A stretch of 63,574 bases of DNA from Octopus bimaculoides (GCF_001194135.2 NC_068987.1:11086181-11149754), one strand, 5' to 3'; positions 14,641 to 28,444 are shown, numbered from the stretch's first letter. The notes: a model not told the origin generated them from the letters alone. A program made the numbers and translations.

Positions 14641-15978
14641 AAACAACAACAACAATTCACATTGAATTTAATCTATTTGGATTGCCTTGATAACTGTTGT
14701 GAAAGGATCGTGACCACCCCCACCTGACGAAAGTGGACTAATGCATTTCAATAAAATAAAGAAACTGTGTGAACTGTCACTAGTTGACAGCATTGATTGT
14801 CTATATTGGTTACATGCTAGTTTAATATCATAACTACGTTTGGAGTAATACAGAGTACATTCTGTGTGAACATATTAATTCTACAAAAGGTTATTCTACA
14901 ATAGATAACCGTATCCAAATATTTATTTGGGTAATACTATTCTACACCCCAAGCTACACAACTCTCACCATCCATAATAATAATGTATTAGTATACACTT
15001 TCAAATATATTATTAAATTGACTGGTATTATACACCGTTTTTCTGTATGTAAATATGTTGGTACAACAGAAAAGACCATCAGTATTGTATGGTGTAATAA
15101 TCATCAGCTAAAGATTTGATTTCCTCCATTCTTGTTCAGGTCTTTTACTCTGAAATTTCTCAAAATTCTTCAAAGCGTTATTTGTATTTACTGATAATCC
15201 TACTTGCTTTTAATTGGCATCTGATTCTTTGATGTAGTCGACCAAATTCGTTTAGCACTGAGTGCTTTTATAGATATATCTGCCTGGATTTATTAATCCC
15301 TTTTACTTCTGGTTGGTGCCAGTGCCCCATGACTGGCTCCCAAGCCGGTGGCATATAAAAAGCACCATCTGAACGTTGTCGATGCCAGTGTCTGATAAAC
15401 TGTCCAATGCATGTAAGCATTGAAGAATAGGTGTTAAAATGATGACAATGATGATGATGATGGCGATGATGGTGTGACGACAATGATGATGATGACGATT
15501 TTATCCTTTCCCCTGCAACCTTCTCGTAAGAAAAGCAAAACTAGCGTTTACTAAAGTAACTGGAACCATGTGAATTTATTAAACAAACAATTAAGTAAAG
15601 CTTAAGATCATATTTTCATCCTGTCCTTTAACTATTGATTATCGTTTTCATAGTCTGTGAAGAAGGGTTAATGCATAAAGATTTTGTATTTTTTTTCTTC
15701 AAAACCTACTTGACCAAGTCTTAAGAGCAGCTAGATAATAAAATCAATACTGTTTTTGTCTGATTTTTTTTGTGGTTGAAGGAAAACACAAGCAGACTGG
15801 AAATATTGGAGAAAAGAAGAATTGGGCAAACTAAGTTGAGACACAATAGAAGTTTACAAGAAGAGAAGAACCAGAGGTGCATTGTGTATTATAGAGCTAT
15901 ATAGTAATATACAGCTGTATAGACAACACAGTTTTAACCCTTTGCCTGTCCAAAGTTTGTCCTAAATGCCCATGCTTG

Positions 15979-16394
15979 TTACTCTTTTACTTGTTTCAGT
16001 CATTTGACTGTGGCCATGCTGGAGCACTGCCTTCAGTCGAGCAAATCAACCCCAGGACTTATTCTTTGTAAGCCTAGTACTTATTCTATTGGTCTCTTTT
16101 GCCGAACTGCTAAGTTACGGGGATGTAAACACACCAGCATCGCTTGTCAAGCGATATTGGGGGGGACAAACACAGACACACAAACACATACATACACACA
16201 TACACATATATATATATATATACATATATACGATGAGCTTCTTTCAGTTTCCGTCTACCAAATCCACTCACAAGGCTTTGGTCGGCCCGAGGCTATAGTA
16301 GAAGACACTCGCCTAAGATGCCACGCAGTGGGAATGAACCCGGAACCATGCGGTTGGTAAGCAGTCTCCTTACCACACAGCCACTCCTGTGCCT
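15979..16394 (-). mobile_element. SINE family A, full length, reverse
   Basis: ctcttttacttgtttcagtc...cacacagccactcctgtgcct. Confidence 0.9.
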
Positions 16395-16468
16395 ATGTAT
16401 GGCTAATTCAAAACAATGTGAACAAATAAGCATTACTTTTCACGGAGTAATATGAATGCTAAAGTAAC
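16395..16468 (-). mobile_element. Left arm of a family C MITE abutting the 5' end of a family A SINE
   Basis: Reverse complement ctttagcattcatattactcc...gttttgaattagccatacat joins directly to aggcacaggagtgg. Confidence 0.75.
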
Positions 16469-16469
16469 T

Positions 16470-16800
16470 GTGGTAGGTCTTCTCGGGTGTATTCAGGGTC
16501 TACCAACATTTGTGTACCCATGCTTCAGTTTCCAAAAATGTCGTTGATGATCTCATCATTTGCTCTCCAGCAATGTCCAGTGAATCTTGTTCTTTCTCTG
16601 ATGACATGTGACAAGTTCTTTCATAGGGTGTCGTCTCCAGGAGATGTCCAGAGCAGCTTGAAGCATTCTTGTAATAACTTCTGTCAATTTTCTTTTCAAT
16701 ATGTATTGTGTCCATGCTGTACATCCATATAACAAAATCGACTGCCACAATTGCCTGAAAGAAATTATATTATTGTGCCCACATTCTGAGAAATGTTTTG
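16470..16800 (-). mobile_element. Decayed RTE-clade non-LTR retrotransposon fragment (RT C-terminal region)
   Basis: Frameshifted peptides SILLYGCTAWT..TRMLQAALDISWRRHP, RFTGHCWRANDEIINDI and HGYTNVGRP match the RTE pattern LLYG.E.WT...TRMLR..L.ISW...H, then RF.GH..R...GRP. Confidence 0.85.
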
Positions 16801-17815
16801 CAGTTTGTTGTGAAAATTTTTTGCTTACACTGGAACAAACTTTGTATTAAAAATCACTGACAACTAGTATATTCAGTGTAGAAAAATTGCATTGATAGTG
16901 GTGACAGCATGTAGTTTAATACTAAAGAGACCAAGTACATTTAGAACATTTTGTTTTGTGTTTGTCTTAACCTATTTAAAAAAGTTACTTTGAGAATCAA
17001 AAGATGTGGCTATCTTAGATAGGTGGTTGTTTAATATAGAAATGGCCATAAGTTCTATTAACTAGTTTTTATGTGCTCTTTTATTCAAGTTTCCATATAA
17101 TTTAAGTAGACTATTTAGTTTCATATCGCTGACGGTTTTTACTTTATGGGATTTTCAGTGATTACTTTTCCTTTCATTTGAACGGTGTTGATTCATAAGT
17201 GAACGAAATAAATGTCCGTCTAACAAAACGTTCTTTTCAATAACAACAGAACAACAAAAATTAATATATGAATGAATAAACAAACAAACACGCAAGCGAA
17301 CCAGCTTTGTAGGAGGAGTCTACAGAGTTACCTTCATCATCATCTTCATCATCATCTTCGTTTAACGTCCGCTTTCCATGCTAGCATGGGTTGGACGATT
17401 TGACTGAGGACTGGTGAACCAGATGGCTACACCAGACTCCAATCTGATTTGGCAGAGTTTCTACAGCTGAATGCCCTTCCTAACACCAACTATTTATTTG
17501 CTGGATATAGCTGCTAAATTTCCCTTGAATCATACATTAAAGTCTTAACCTTGTAGCATTCAGATTATTCTAATTCAAATTATAATAATTATCTTGTATA
17601 TAAAACATAGCGGTTATAAAACAAGCAAGAGAAGAAAGGACTAGAATTATATGGAAAAATAAGAGGTAAATGTGTTGAAATTCTGGCAAATAAATAAGGC
17701 TTTTTTGGTTGGAATTACAATAAAAAATAAACATTTAAAACTGAGTTAGGGAATCAGTGATAGAAACTAGAAAGAAAATATGAGAATTAGTCTTTATTAC
17801 AGAAAGGGGAAAAAA

Positions 17816-18036
17816 TTAACCCTTTAATATTCGGATTACTAAATGTAATACTTAATTGTTCTCAGTGTTTTGAATTAATCATGCATTATCTTATAGCGTT
17901 GAGATTTCAATGATGTGATTGTATATTTTGAGAATAACATTGTAGGGTAGGTGTAAGAGGCCAGATCTTAATAGTTTGAACAAAACAGGTAGAATATTTC
18001 GCCTGGATATGGCTGGCTTAAATGCTAAACAGTTAA
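17816..18036 (+). mobile_element. piggyBac-type MITE, family C
   Basis: TTAA|CCCTTTA... left end and aaatgctaaacag|TTAA right end. The interior matches the other family C copies. Confidence 0.8.
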
Positions 18037-18259
18037 AGAAAGAAAGGTGTATTAAACGATGCTAATGCCTGTGTCTGGTAACTGGCACCCATGCCAGTGG
18101 CTTGTATAAAGCACCTTTCAAGCGTTGGGCCTCACAGTAGCAATGTAGCCAATGCCAGTATCGTGTAACTGGGTCCTGTGCGAGTGTCATGTAAAAAGCA
18201 CCTTTCAATACCCCATCACAGTGGGTATTTGAGCTGTATATGGCTCCTTCAAATAGTCA

Positions 18260-18870
18260 AATAGTCAACCTGTTTTGTGTTTAAACTGGCTAGATCAGTC
18301 CCCTCACACCCACCATATAATTTTTGTTCAAAAAATAAACAGCATATAAGAGGGGCTGTGTGGCAAGTAGCTTGCTTACCAACCACATGGTTCCGGGTTC
18401 AGTCCTACTGCATGGCACCTTGGACAAGGGAATTCTACTATAGCCTTGGGTAGACCAAAGTCTTGTGAGTGGATTTGGTAGGCAGAAACTGAAAGAAGCC
18501 CGTCGTATATATGTTTGTGTGTCTGTGTTTGTCCCTCCCCCCACCACTTGACAACTGGTGTTGGTGTGTTTATATCCCCATAATTTAGTGACCAATAGAA
18601 TAAATATCAGGCTTAGTGGGGGGGGGGGAAACAAGTCCTGGGGTTGATTTGTTCGACTAAAAACCCTTCGAGGTGGTGCTCCAGCATGGCCACAGTCTAA
18701 TGAGTGAAACAAGTAACAAAAAAAAATAATAATAATAAATAGATATATAAAAAAGAAATCACATCATCAAAATCTCCAAGCTATGAATGAGATAATACCT
18801 GATTAATTCAAAACAATGTGAATAAATAAGCTTTACATTTGACAGAATAATTTGAATGCAAAAAGGTTAA
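18260..18870 (-). mobile_element. Family C MITE split by a family A SINE (18341-18715)
   Basis: MITE sequence up to ...aaaaataaac resumes after the SINE as aatcacatcatcaaaatctc...gaatgcaaaaagg|TTAA. Confidence 0.7.
18341..18715 (+). mobile_element. SINE family A, full length
   Basis: ggggctgtgtggcaagtagc...gagtgaaacaagtaa. Confidence 0.88.
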
Positions 18871-19330
18871 AAAAAATTTGTCATGTAGATTCATTTGGAA
18901 CATTATAATAATATACACTATTTTTATAATGAAGTTTAATGAATTGATATTGAGAATTATATTGAAAAATTACAATTTTGACAGAAATAGTCTTCTTTGG
19001 AATATCATGAATATTTAAATAATATTTTCAAATTTTACAAATAATAATAATAATAATACTTCTAGGAGTTTGATTAAAGCTGTAATTGCTATATTAACCT
19101 CTTGTACTTGTAACGTATTTAAGTTAGATTACTTTAGTTTTAAGTTATACATTTTGCTCTTTGCTTATGCCAGGATGGATGTAAAAATCTGTTATGCACA
19201 ATATTAGTGATGTTTGTTCCAAAAGCATGATACCAAAATGGAAACGGACCCAGAGTTATGGATTTTGTTAACAGCTTTATTTCATGAAAAGCCTTTCTGG
19301 TCATAATGTACTCATATTTAGTTGAGTGGT

Positions 19331-19558
19331 TTAATCCCTTAGCATTTGAGCTGGCCATATCAGGCCCAAATATTCTACTTGTTTTTATGTTGATCCCGAT
19401 AAGATCTGGCCTCTCACACTTACCCAGCAATGTCATTTTTAAAATGATTAGTCATGCCATCAATATCTCAAAGCTATGAGATTAAGCATGATTAATTGAA
19501 AGCAATGTGATTAAATAAGCATTGCATTTGACAAATGATCTGAATGCTAAAGGGTCAA
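19331..19558 (-). mobile_element. piggyBac-type MITE, family C
   Basis: ttaatcccttagcattt...tgaatgctaaagggtcaa; full-length reverse copy. Confidence 0.8.
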
Positions 19559-20058
19559 GAAACTTGCTTTGCAGCCATGTGGTTTTGGGTTCAATTCCAC
19601 TGCATGGCACCTTGGGCAAGTGTCTTTTACTATAGCCCCAGATGATGGAATAATGCCTTGTGGGTGAATTTAATAGATGGAAACCTTGAGTGTGTATGTG
19701 TGTGTGTGTCTGAGAGAGAGAGAGAGAGCATGTGTTTGTGTTGTGCTTGTCTCTCTGCCACCATGTTGGTGTGCTTATGTCCCTGTAACCTAGCAAAAGG
19801 ATAAGTCCTGGGGTAGATTTGTTCAACTAAAGGTGTTGGTCCAGCATGACCATGGTCAAATGACTGAAACAAGTAAGCGGGTAAAAGAATATACATATTC
19901 AACAGGCTTCTTCCAGTTTCCGTCTACCAAATCCACTGACAAGGCTTTGGCCGACCTGAGACTATAATAGAAGACACTTACCCAAGGTACCACACAGTGG
20001 GACTGAACCTGGAACCATGTGGTTGGGAAGCAAGCTTCTAACCACAATACCATGCCCG
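19558..20058. mobile_element. Two family A SINEs in inverted orientation: 19558-19889 (+, degenerate) and 19905-20058 (-, head)
   Basis: Head/core at 19570-19685 is complementary to 19905-20040. Confidence 0.8.
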
Positions 20059-21296
20059 CTTTTATTTATTATCAACGTTTGGTCTCAGGGGGAATTGTTT
20101 TCAACTGCCTAATGTTGCTTAACAGGTGCCAGGAGGTAAGCAAATTTTAGCTGCTTGAATCTCTTCTACAAAGATTTATATCAATCTTGGAAAATTTCAT
20201 AAAATAAACTACCAAGAAATAGATATACAGAAAAACAGTACAAAATGAAATTTCTATAGTTGTATTCTTCTGACAGAAATTAAGTGACAAGTGAGAAGAG
20301 GGAGGNNNNNNNNNNNNNNNNNNNNNNNNNNNNNNNNNNNNNNNNNNNNNNNNNNNNNNNNNNNNNNNNNNNNNNNNNNNNNNNNNNNNNNNNNNNNNNN
20401 NNNNNNNNNNNNNNNNNNNNNNNNNNNNNNNNNNNNNNNNNNNNATATTGGTGTTCAATCTTCTATAATGAATCCATCTAGAAGCTTCCTACTTTGTAAT
20501 TAATCTTTTCTTTTGCAAGTCGAATAAAGCTGCACACATTGCATATACACGTGTTCCGTGTTTTTCTATGCTCGCTTTTATATCAATGCAGGCCTTCCCA
20601 TTCCGCCCCCCCCCCGCCTCCATCCTTTGCTCTTTTAGTACACGTCTTCTGTGTTTGCATTGAGAAATTCAAACGGATAATTTACAGATAAGTTAACAGA
20701 GGGAGCGTTTGGACTTACGTGGGGGAAGGGGTGGAAAAGTGTTCTCTATTTACACATCACACACAAATGCACACAAGCTATAAATGAACTTTATCTTATC
20801 CAGGGAAAATCCAGTAGCCGAGCTGTGTGCAATGGGAAAAGATTCTCTATTATTGATTCCATTAACTCTATTTCTGATAGCAGCCTGTTAAATAGACCCT
20901 CTTTCTTCTATTTCTAATGCTCAGACGGATCTAATCGGACTGCAGTATACACATCAGGGGGTTTTTGTTCAAAGCCTTTCTATGAAATGACTTACTTTCT
21001 GATGTGCATAGAGTAATATCTGCTACGCTGACTACGTCGCCAAGAGATGGATTTAGTGAAAGAAGCAGGACATTTTTCCAAATGCTTTAGTTATGTAACG
21101 AAATGTAAATATGGTAAAGCGATCAAAACCTTTTAGGAAAATATAATTTCCCCGAGTAAACGAGAAGGTATTGACTTATTTAGATGACATTGAGATAGCT
21201 CGTTCATCTGATAAGAATGAGGAGGGTTTTTCAAAGGAAGACGCGTATAAATATAATGTGAAATATTCTCAACTACAAATTATGTATATGTATATA

Positions 21297-21361
<65 letters not shown>

Positions 21362-22189
21362 NNNNNNNNNNNNNNNNNNNNNNNNNNNNNNNNNNNNNNN
21401 NNNNNNNNNNNNNNNNNNNNNNNNNNNNNNNNNNNNNNNNNNNNNNNNNNNNNNNNNNNNNNNNNNNNNNNNNNNNNNNNNNNNNNNNNNNNNNNNNNNN
21501 NNNNNNNNNNNNNNNNNNNNNNNNNNNNNNNNNNNNNNNNNNNNNNNNNNNNNNNNNNNNNNNNNNNNNNNNNNNNNNNNNNNNNNNNNNNNNNNNNNNN
21601 NNNNNNNNNNNNNNNNNNNNNNNNNNNNNNNNNNNNNNNNNNNNNNNNNNNNNNNNNNNNNNNNNNNNNNNNNNNNNNNNNNNNNNNNNNNNNNNNNNNN
21701 NNNNNNNNNNNNNNNNNNNNNNNNNNNNNNNNNNNNNNNNNNNNNNNNNNNNNNNNNNNNNNNNNNNNNNNNNNNNNNNNNNNNNNNNNNNNNNNNNNNN
21801 NNNNNNNNNNNNNNNNNNNNNNNNNNNNNNNNNNNNNNNNNNNNNNNNNNNNNNNNNNNNNNNNNNNNNNNNNNNNNNNNNNNNNNNNNNNNNNNNNNNN
21901 NNNNNNNNNNNNNNNNNNNNNNNNNNNNNNNNNNNNNNNNNNNNNNNNNNNNNNNNNNNNNNNNNNNNNNNNNNNNNNNNNNNNNNNNNNNNNNNNNNNN
22001 NNNNNNNNNNNNNNNNNNNNNNNNNNNNNNNNNNNNNNNNNNNNNNNNNNNNTATATATACATATATATAAATATATGTATATATATATATATACATACA
22101 TATATATACATATACACACATACACATATATATCTATGTATGTATACATACATCCGTACGTACAAGTATATATACATATGTATACACAC

Positions 22190-22250
<61 letters not shown>

Positions 22251-24129
22251 TCAACACATTAACATGAAACATGCACTTCTTTTATAACAGCAAGGGTTGG
22301 ATAAGAATTAAGAACTTTTACCCAAATGATGTGAGGGAATCTTGTAAATTGTTGAAGAATTAGTAGCTGTGTTCTAGAATTTACATGGTTATCATATTTG
22401 TATTTATTGGGTGTTTAGAATGATTTCAGAATGATTCTGGGAATCAGGTAGGAAGTTTACCTCTTTGTCTGATAGTAATATAAAATCTGTAAAAAGAAAA
22501 AATGATTGTAAAATAAACCATCACACACACACACACGCATGTATTATGTAGATTAGGTTATAATCCAAGTTGTGTCCTCTTGGAGCACATCTGCTTATTC
22601 CAATACTCCTAAGTTGTATGTAGATGTTTATATTTGAGTGAGAAATGCATAAGAGTTAAAACATACTGGAATATATTTTTTGTAGAGTAATTACATATCA
22701 AAGAAAAGAGAGATTTTAAAAAAAATGTTGGTATTATTTATTCACCATTACATGCGTTTCATTTGCTAATAAGAGTTACAAAATTGTACATGTAGGAAAG
22801 ACATGTAAGATATCTCCTATTAAAAATTCTTCAGACAGAGAATCTATTAGATCGACAACCGATGCTGGTGTGTTTGCGTACCTGTAACTTGGCGGTTCGG
22901 CAAAAGAGACCGATAGAATAAGCACTAGGCTTACAAAGAATAAGCTCTGGGGTCGATTTGCTCGACTATAAAGGCGGTGCTCCAGCATGGCCNNNNNNNN
23001 NNNNNNNNNNNNNNNNNNNNNNNNNNNNNNNNNNNNNNNNNNNNNNNNNNNNNNNNNNNNNNNNNNNNNNNNNNNNNNNNNNNNNNNNNNNNNNNNNNNN
23101 NNNNNNNNNNNNNNNNNNNNNNNNNNNNNNNNNNNNNNNNNNNNNNNNNNNNNNNNNNNNNNNNNNNNNNNNNNNNNNNNNNNNNNNNNNNNNNNNNNNN
23201 NNNNNNNNNNNNNNNNNNNNNNNNNNNNNNNNNNNNNNNNNNNNNNNNNNNNNNNNNNNNNNNNNNNNNNNNNNNNNNNNNNNNNNNNNNNNNNNNNNNN
23301 NNNNNNNNNNNNNNNNNNNNNNNNNNNNNNNNNNNNNNNNNNNNNNNNNNNNNNNNNNNNNNNNNNNNNNNNNNNNNNNNNNNNNNNNNNNNNNNNNNNN
23401 NNNNNNNNNNNNNNNNNNNNNNNNNNNNNNNNNNNNNNNNNNNNNNNNNNNNNNNNNNNNNNNNNNNNNNNNNNNNNNNNNNNNNNNNNNNNNNNNNNNN
23501 NNNNNNNNNNNNNNNNNNNNNNNNNNNNNNNNNNNNNNNNNNNNNNNNNNNNNNNNNNNNNNNNNNNNNNNNNNNNNNNNNNNNNNNNNNNNNNNNNNNN
23601 NNNNNNNNNNNNNNNNNNNNNNNNNNNNNNNNNNNNNNNNNNNNNNNNNNNNNNNNNNNNNNNNNNNNNNNNNNNNNNNNNNNNNNNNNNNNNNNNNNNN
23701 NNNNNNNNNNNNNNNNNNNNNNNNNNNNNNNNNNNNNNNNNNNNNNNNNNNNNNNNNNNNNNNNNNNNNNNNNNNNNNNNNNNNNNNNNNNNNNNNNNNN
23801 NNNNNNNNNNNNNNNNNNNNNNNNNNNNNNNNNNNNNNNNNNNNNNNNNNNNNNNNNNNNNNNNNNNNNNNNNNNNNNNNNNNNNNNNNNNNNNNNNNNN
23901 NNNNNNNNNNNNNNNNNNNNNNNNNNNNNNNNNNNNNNNNNNNNNNNNNNNNNNNNNNNNNNNNNNNNNNNNNNNNNNNNNNNTTTTCTTTTTTCTTCTT
24001 TTTTTTTTTCTGTGGAGTGTGGAAGAATAGATTGAAAGATTTGAAAGATTGAAACAGAATTCCACGAGACTACTACCTTGATTCAGTTACTAAGAATTTT
24101 ATCATCATCATCATTATTATTATTATTAC

Positions 24130-24172
<43 letters not shown>

Positions 24173-24589
24173 TTTAAATTCAATATTTTCCGGTTTGTGT
24201 TCAAGAAGGAATGTGAGAAAGGCAACAATTTCAGTGTATATTTTAAGTGAAATGACTCTGCAAGAAAGGATGAAGACAATCACGGTTCTGGAAATGGTAA
24301 CTAACGACGATGTCATGCTCTGATGCATGCTCACCGACACTGCCCTTTGGCATCGTAATATTTGTCCATTTATGTATATGGATTGTGTGAATGGAAGACA
24401 TTTCAGATATACCACTCTGTGTTCCACTCTTGAAGTGTTTCCATGGCAACAATTGAAACTTGAAGAATATGTCTTCCTCGAAATATTTCTCAATCAGAAC
24501 AGCTGTTCTTCATGTGATAAATAACACTGTACTAGAAGAAATTTCAACAGTTTGTGTAATTTACCATGTGTTACTTGTATAGGCATATG

Positions 24590-24910
24590 TTTCCACACAC
24601 ACACACACACACACACCATACACATATATACACACACACCATACACATACACACACCACATACACCATACTCACACCACACACACACACACACCATACTC
24701 ACACCACACACACACACACACACACCATACTCACACCACACACACACCATACACACACACATTGTACACACCATACTCATATCATGCACGCACACACCAT
24801 ACACACATACACACCATATACATACACACGCATACACATACACACGCATACACACACACCATATACATACACCATACTCACATACACTATACACACACCT
24901 TACACACACA
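24590..24910. repeat. CA-derived minisatellite (acaccatactcacaccacacacacac-like units)
   Basis: Repeated caccatac motif in a CA background. Confidence 0.85.
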
Positions 24911-25488
24911 AAGGCTTCTTTTAGTTTCCCATCTATCAAATCTACTTGCAAAGCTTTGGCTGACGCTCACCCAAAGGTGCTGTGCGGTGGAACTGAACCC
25001 AAGTCCACTTGGTTGGGAAATGAACTTGTTAAACACACATGTATCATCGTCATCATCATCATCAGCATCATTGCTGTCATCATCATCCGTCATCATCGTC
25101 ACTGCCATCCTTGTTAATTGGTGGTGATTAAAATGCTTAGCAGTGTTTCCTCCATCTCAGTGCTCTGAGTTCAGATTCCACCAAGGTCAGCATTGCTTTT
25201 TATTTCCTCAGGGCCGACAAAATAAGTACTAGTTGAAACAAGTCCCCTCTACAAAAATTCCAGGCCTTGGCATCTATAGTAGAAATGCAGAATCGTTAGC
25301 ACGCTGGATGAAATGCTCAGTGGTATTTTCGCCATCGCTACATTCTGAGTTCAAATTACATCAAGGTCACCTTCTCTTTTCATTCTTTTGGAGTTGATAA
25401 ATTAATTACCAGTGAAACACTGGGGGTCGATGAATTCGACTAGTCCCTTCCCCCACCAATTTCAGGCCTTTTGCCTTAAGTAGAAAGG

Positions 25489-25542
<54 letters not shown>

Positions 25543-25884
25543 GCTACTACTACTAAGGCAGAAGTTACAGCATAACTCAAGTTTTATGCATTGGTATTTA
25601 TCAAATTTATGAATACACAAAATAATCTCAGCCCTTGTATCACTTTGTAACTTCACTGATTGCTGATAATAAGAAATATATATACATTCGTGTTTTGAGT
25701 TCTGTTTTCCTGTTTCCAACATTAAAGAAAGAGAGAGAGAGAGAGAGATGTGTGTGAAAACACATATGCATACACATGTGTGTGTGAAGATCCATGGACA
25801 ACCAAGCTAAGTGTCAAGGAGTTAAGAGACTCAGTTGGTAATCATGTGATTCCTAACCAAACTTGTATCTATTGTTAATGGCTA

Positions 25885-25939
<55 letters not shown>

Positions 25940-25941
25940 AT

Positions 25942-26233
25942 ACAAGCATAGCTGTGTGGGGTAAGAAGAAGTTTGCTTCCTGGCTACATGGATCTGGGTT
26001 CGGTCGCACTGAATGGCACTTTGGGCAAGTGTCTTCTACTGTAGCTTTGGGCTGACCAAAGCCCTATGAGTGGATTGGATAGACAGAAACTGAAAGAAGT
26101 CTGTTGTATATATATATATATATANNNNNNNNNNATTAGGCTTTAAAAAAGTACTGAGGTCAATTTACTTGAATGAAAACTCTTCAAGGCAGTGCCCCAG
26201 CATGGCTGCAGTCTAATGACTGAAACAAGTAAG
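25942..26233 (+). mobile_element. SINE family A, degenerate
   Basis: gctgtgtggggtaagaag...gactgaaacaagtaag. Confidence 0.75.
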
Positions 26234-26261
26234 GTATATATATATATATATATGCTACACT

Positions 26262-26416
26262 CTCAGAGTGGTTGGCGTTAGGAAGGGCATCCAGCTGTAG
26301 AAACTCTGCCAGATCAGATTGGAGCCTGGTGCAGCCATCTGGTTCGCCAGTCCTCAGTCAAATTGTCCAAACCATGCTATCATGGAAAGCGGATGTTAAA
26401 CGATGATGATGATGAT
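26262..26416 (+). mobile_element. Retroposon family B 3' part with (GAT)n tail
   Basis: gagtggttggcgttaggaagggcatccagctgtagaaac...catggaaagcggatgttaaacgatgatgat. Confidence 0.85.
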
Positions 26417-26581
26417 ATATATATTCAGAAAACATAAACACACAGCACATGCACTTAAGATTGAGAGCATGTATCCAAAATGTGTTGCAAACAATTTCCA
26501 TGTTTTCCATTTTAGTGTGTTATGTGGAAATTAACATATAGTATGTTTCACTGAAGTAAAAACAGTTTCTCTCTGCACAAC

Positions 26582-26624
<43 letters not shown>

Positions 26625-27184
26625 CCTCTCTCTCTCTCTCTCTCTCCCCACCCCTATCAATCTATCGCTTTCCCCAATTCAACTGACCTCTAGCCTAAAA
26701 TAATCAAAGTATAACTCTTTTAAGAATATTTTTGTCTGTTGTAAAGGGAAAAAAATGTACTTAGAAACATAGAGCAGCACAATTGGTCTGTCATGTTTTC
26801 TGTACTTGTTCACTGATGTAAGGAACTTAGTGTAATGGTCTATTGATTATGGCTTGCATTACATTAGTCTGTTTCAGTTGTCAACATAACTCTACTCTGC
26901 CGAACACAGACTACTGGCACATGAACCTATAGTATTTAAGCATTTTACTTTTAAAAATTCATGAGTAAGCTGCCTACATTGGAAGAATTTTATTTATTTA
27001 CTTCATCATTTTTATGTATATTTCTGCTTATGATATTTCTCTTTATTATATACAATCGTCTTTTCTTACACAGTAAATAGTGTACCTTAATGGGAGCAGT
27101 CTTAGGGTTACTGGTGCACTAAATAAACTGAATTTCAATGCCCCTACTTCCCCACCCACCAAAGTTTTCACACGAAATCACCAC

Positions 27185-27217
<33 letters not shown>

Positions 27218-28403
27218 TTAACGTCCATTGTCCATGCTGGCATGGGTTGGACAGTTTGGCCAGGGCTGGCAAGCAGGGAAGCTACATCAAGTTCCAGTCT
27301 GATTTGGCTTGGTTTCCACATCTGGATGACCTTCTTAGTGCCAACCACTTTACAGAACATGCTGAGTGCTTCTTGTGTGTCACTGGCATAGGTGCTCTCT
27401 ATGTGACACTGGCAAAGGGGTTCTTATGTGGCTCGGCATGTTTACTCATAATGTGGCACAAGCATGGGTGCTTTCTACATAATACCAGCATGGGTGCTTT
27501 TTATGTGATGTGTGTGTGTATGTGTGTGTGTGAAAATGTGCATATATAGGTATATATATATGTATATAGGTATATATATATGTATATATGTATGTATATA
27601 TATGTATATATATATATCATCATCATCATCATCATCATCGTTTAACGTCCGCTTTCCATGCTAGCATGGGTTGGACGATTTGACTGAGGACTGGTGAAAC
27701 CGGATGGCAACACCAGGCTCCAGTCTGATTTGGCAGAGTTTCTACAGCTGGATGCCCTTCCTAATANNNNNNNNNNNNNNNNNNNNNNNNNNNNNNNNNN
27801 NNNNNNNNNNNNNNNNNNNNNNNNNNNNNNNNNNNNNNNNNNNNNNNNNNNNNNNNNNNNNNNNNNNNNNNNNNNNNNNNNNNNNNNNNNNNNNNNNNNN
27901 NNNNNNNNNNNNNNNNNNNNNNNNNNNNNNNNNNNNNNNNNNNNNNNNNNNNNNNNNNNNNNNNNNNNNNNNNNNNNNNNNNNNNNNNNNNNNNNNNNNN
28001 NNNNNNNNNNNNNNNNNNNNNNNNNNNNNNNNNNNNNNNNNNNNNNNNNNNNNNNNNNNNNNNNNNNNNNNNNNNNNNNNNNNNNNNNNNNNNNNNNNNN
28101 NNNNNNNNNNNNNNNNNNNNNNNNNNNNNNNNNNNNNNNNNNNNNNNNNNNNNNNNNNNNNNNNNNNNNNNNNNNNNNNNNNNNNNNNNNNNNNNNNNNN
28201 NNNNNNNNNNNNNNNNNNNNNNNNNNNNNNNNNNNNNNNNNNNNNNNNNNNNNNNNNNNNNNNNNNNNNNNNNNNNNNNNNNNNNNNNNNNNNNNNNNNN
28301 NNNNNNNNNNNNNNNNNNNNNNNNNNNNNNNNNNNNNNNNNNNNNNNNNNNNNNNNNNNNNNNNNNNNNNNNNNNNNNNNNNNNNNNNNNNNNNNNNNNN
28401 NNN

Positions 28404-28444
<41 letters not shown>

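Noticed and set aside
14690-14800. Possible LTR or Penelope-like end (cctgacgaaag...aataaa)
   Set aside because: Single short motif with no second copy, TG...CA termini or internal ORF.
24552-25127. His/Thr-rich ORFs (191 and 183 aa), and similar ones at 36803-37264 and 60843-61462
   Set aside because: Translations of CA/CT-derived minisatellites that are open in several frames and on both strands, with no coding signature.
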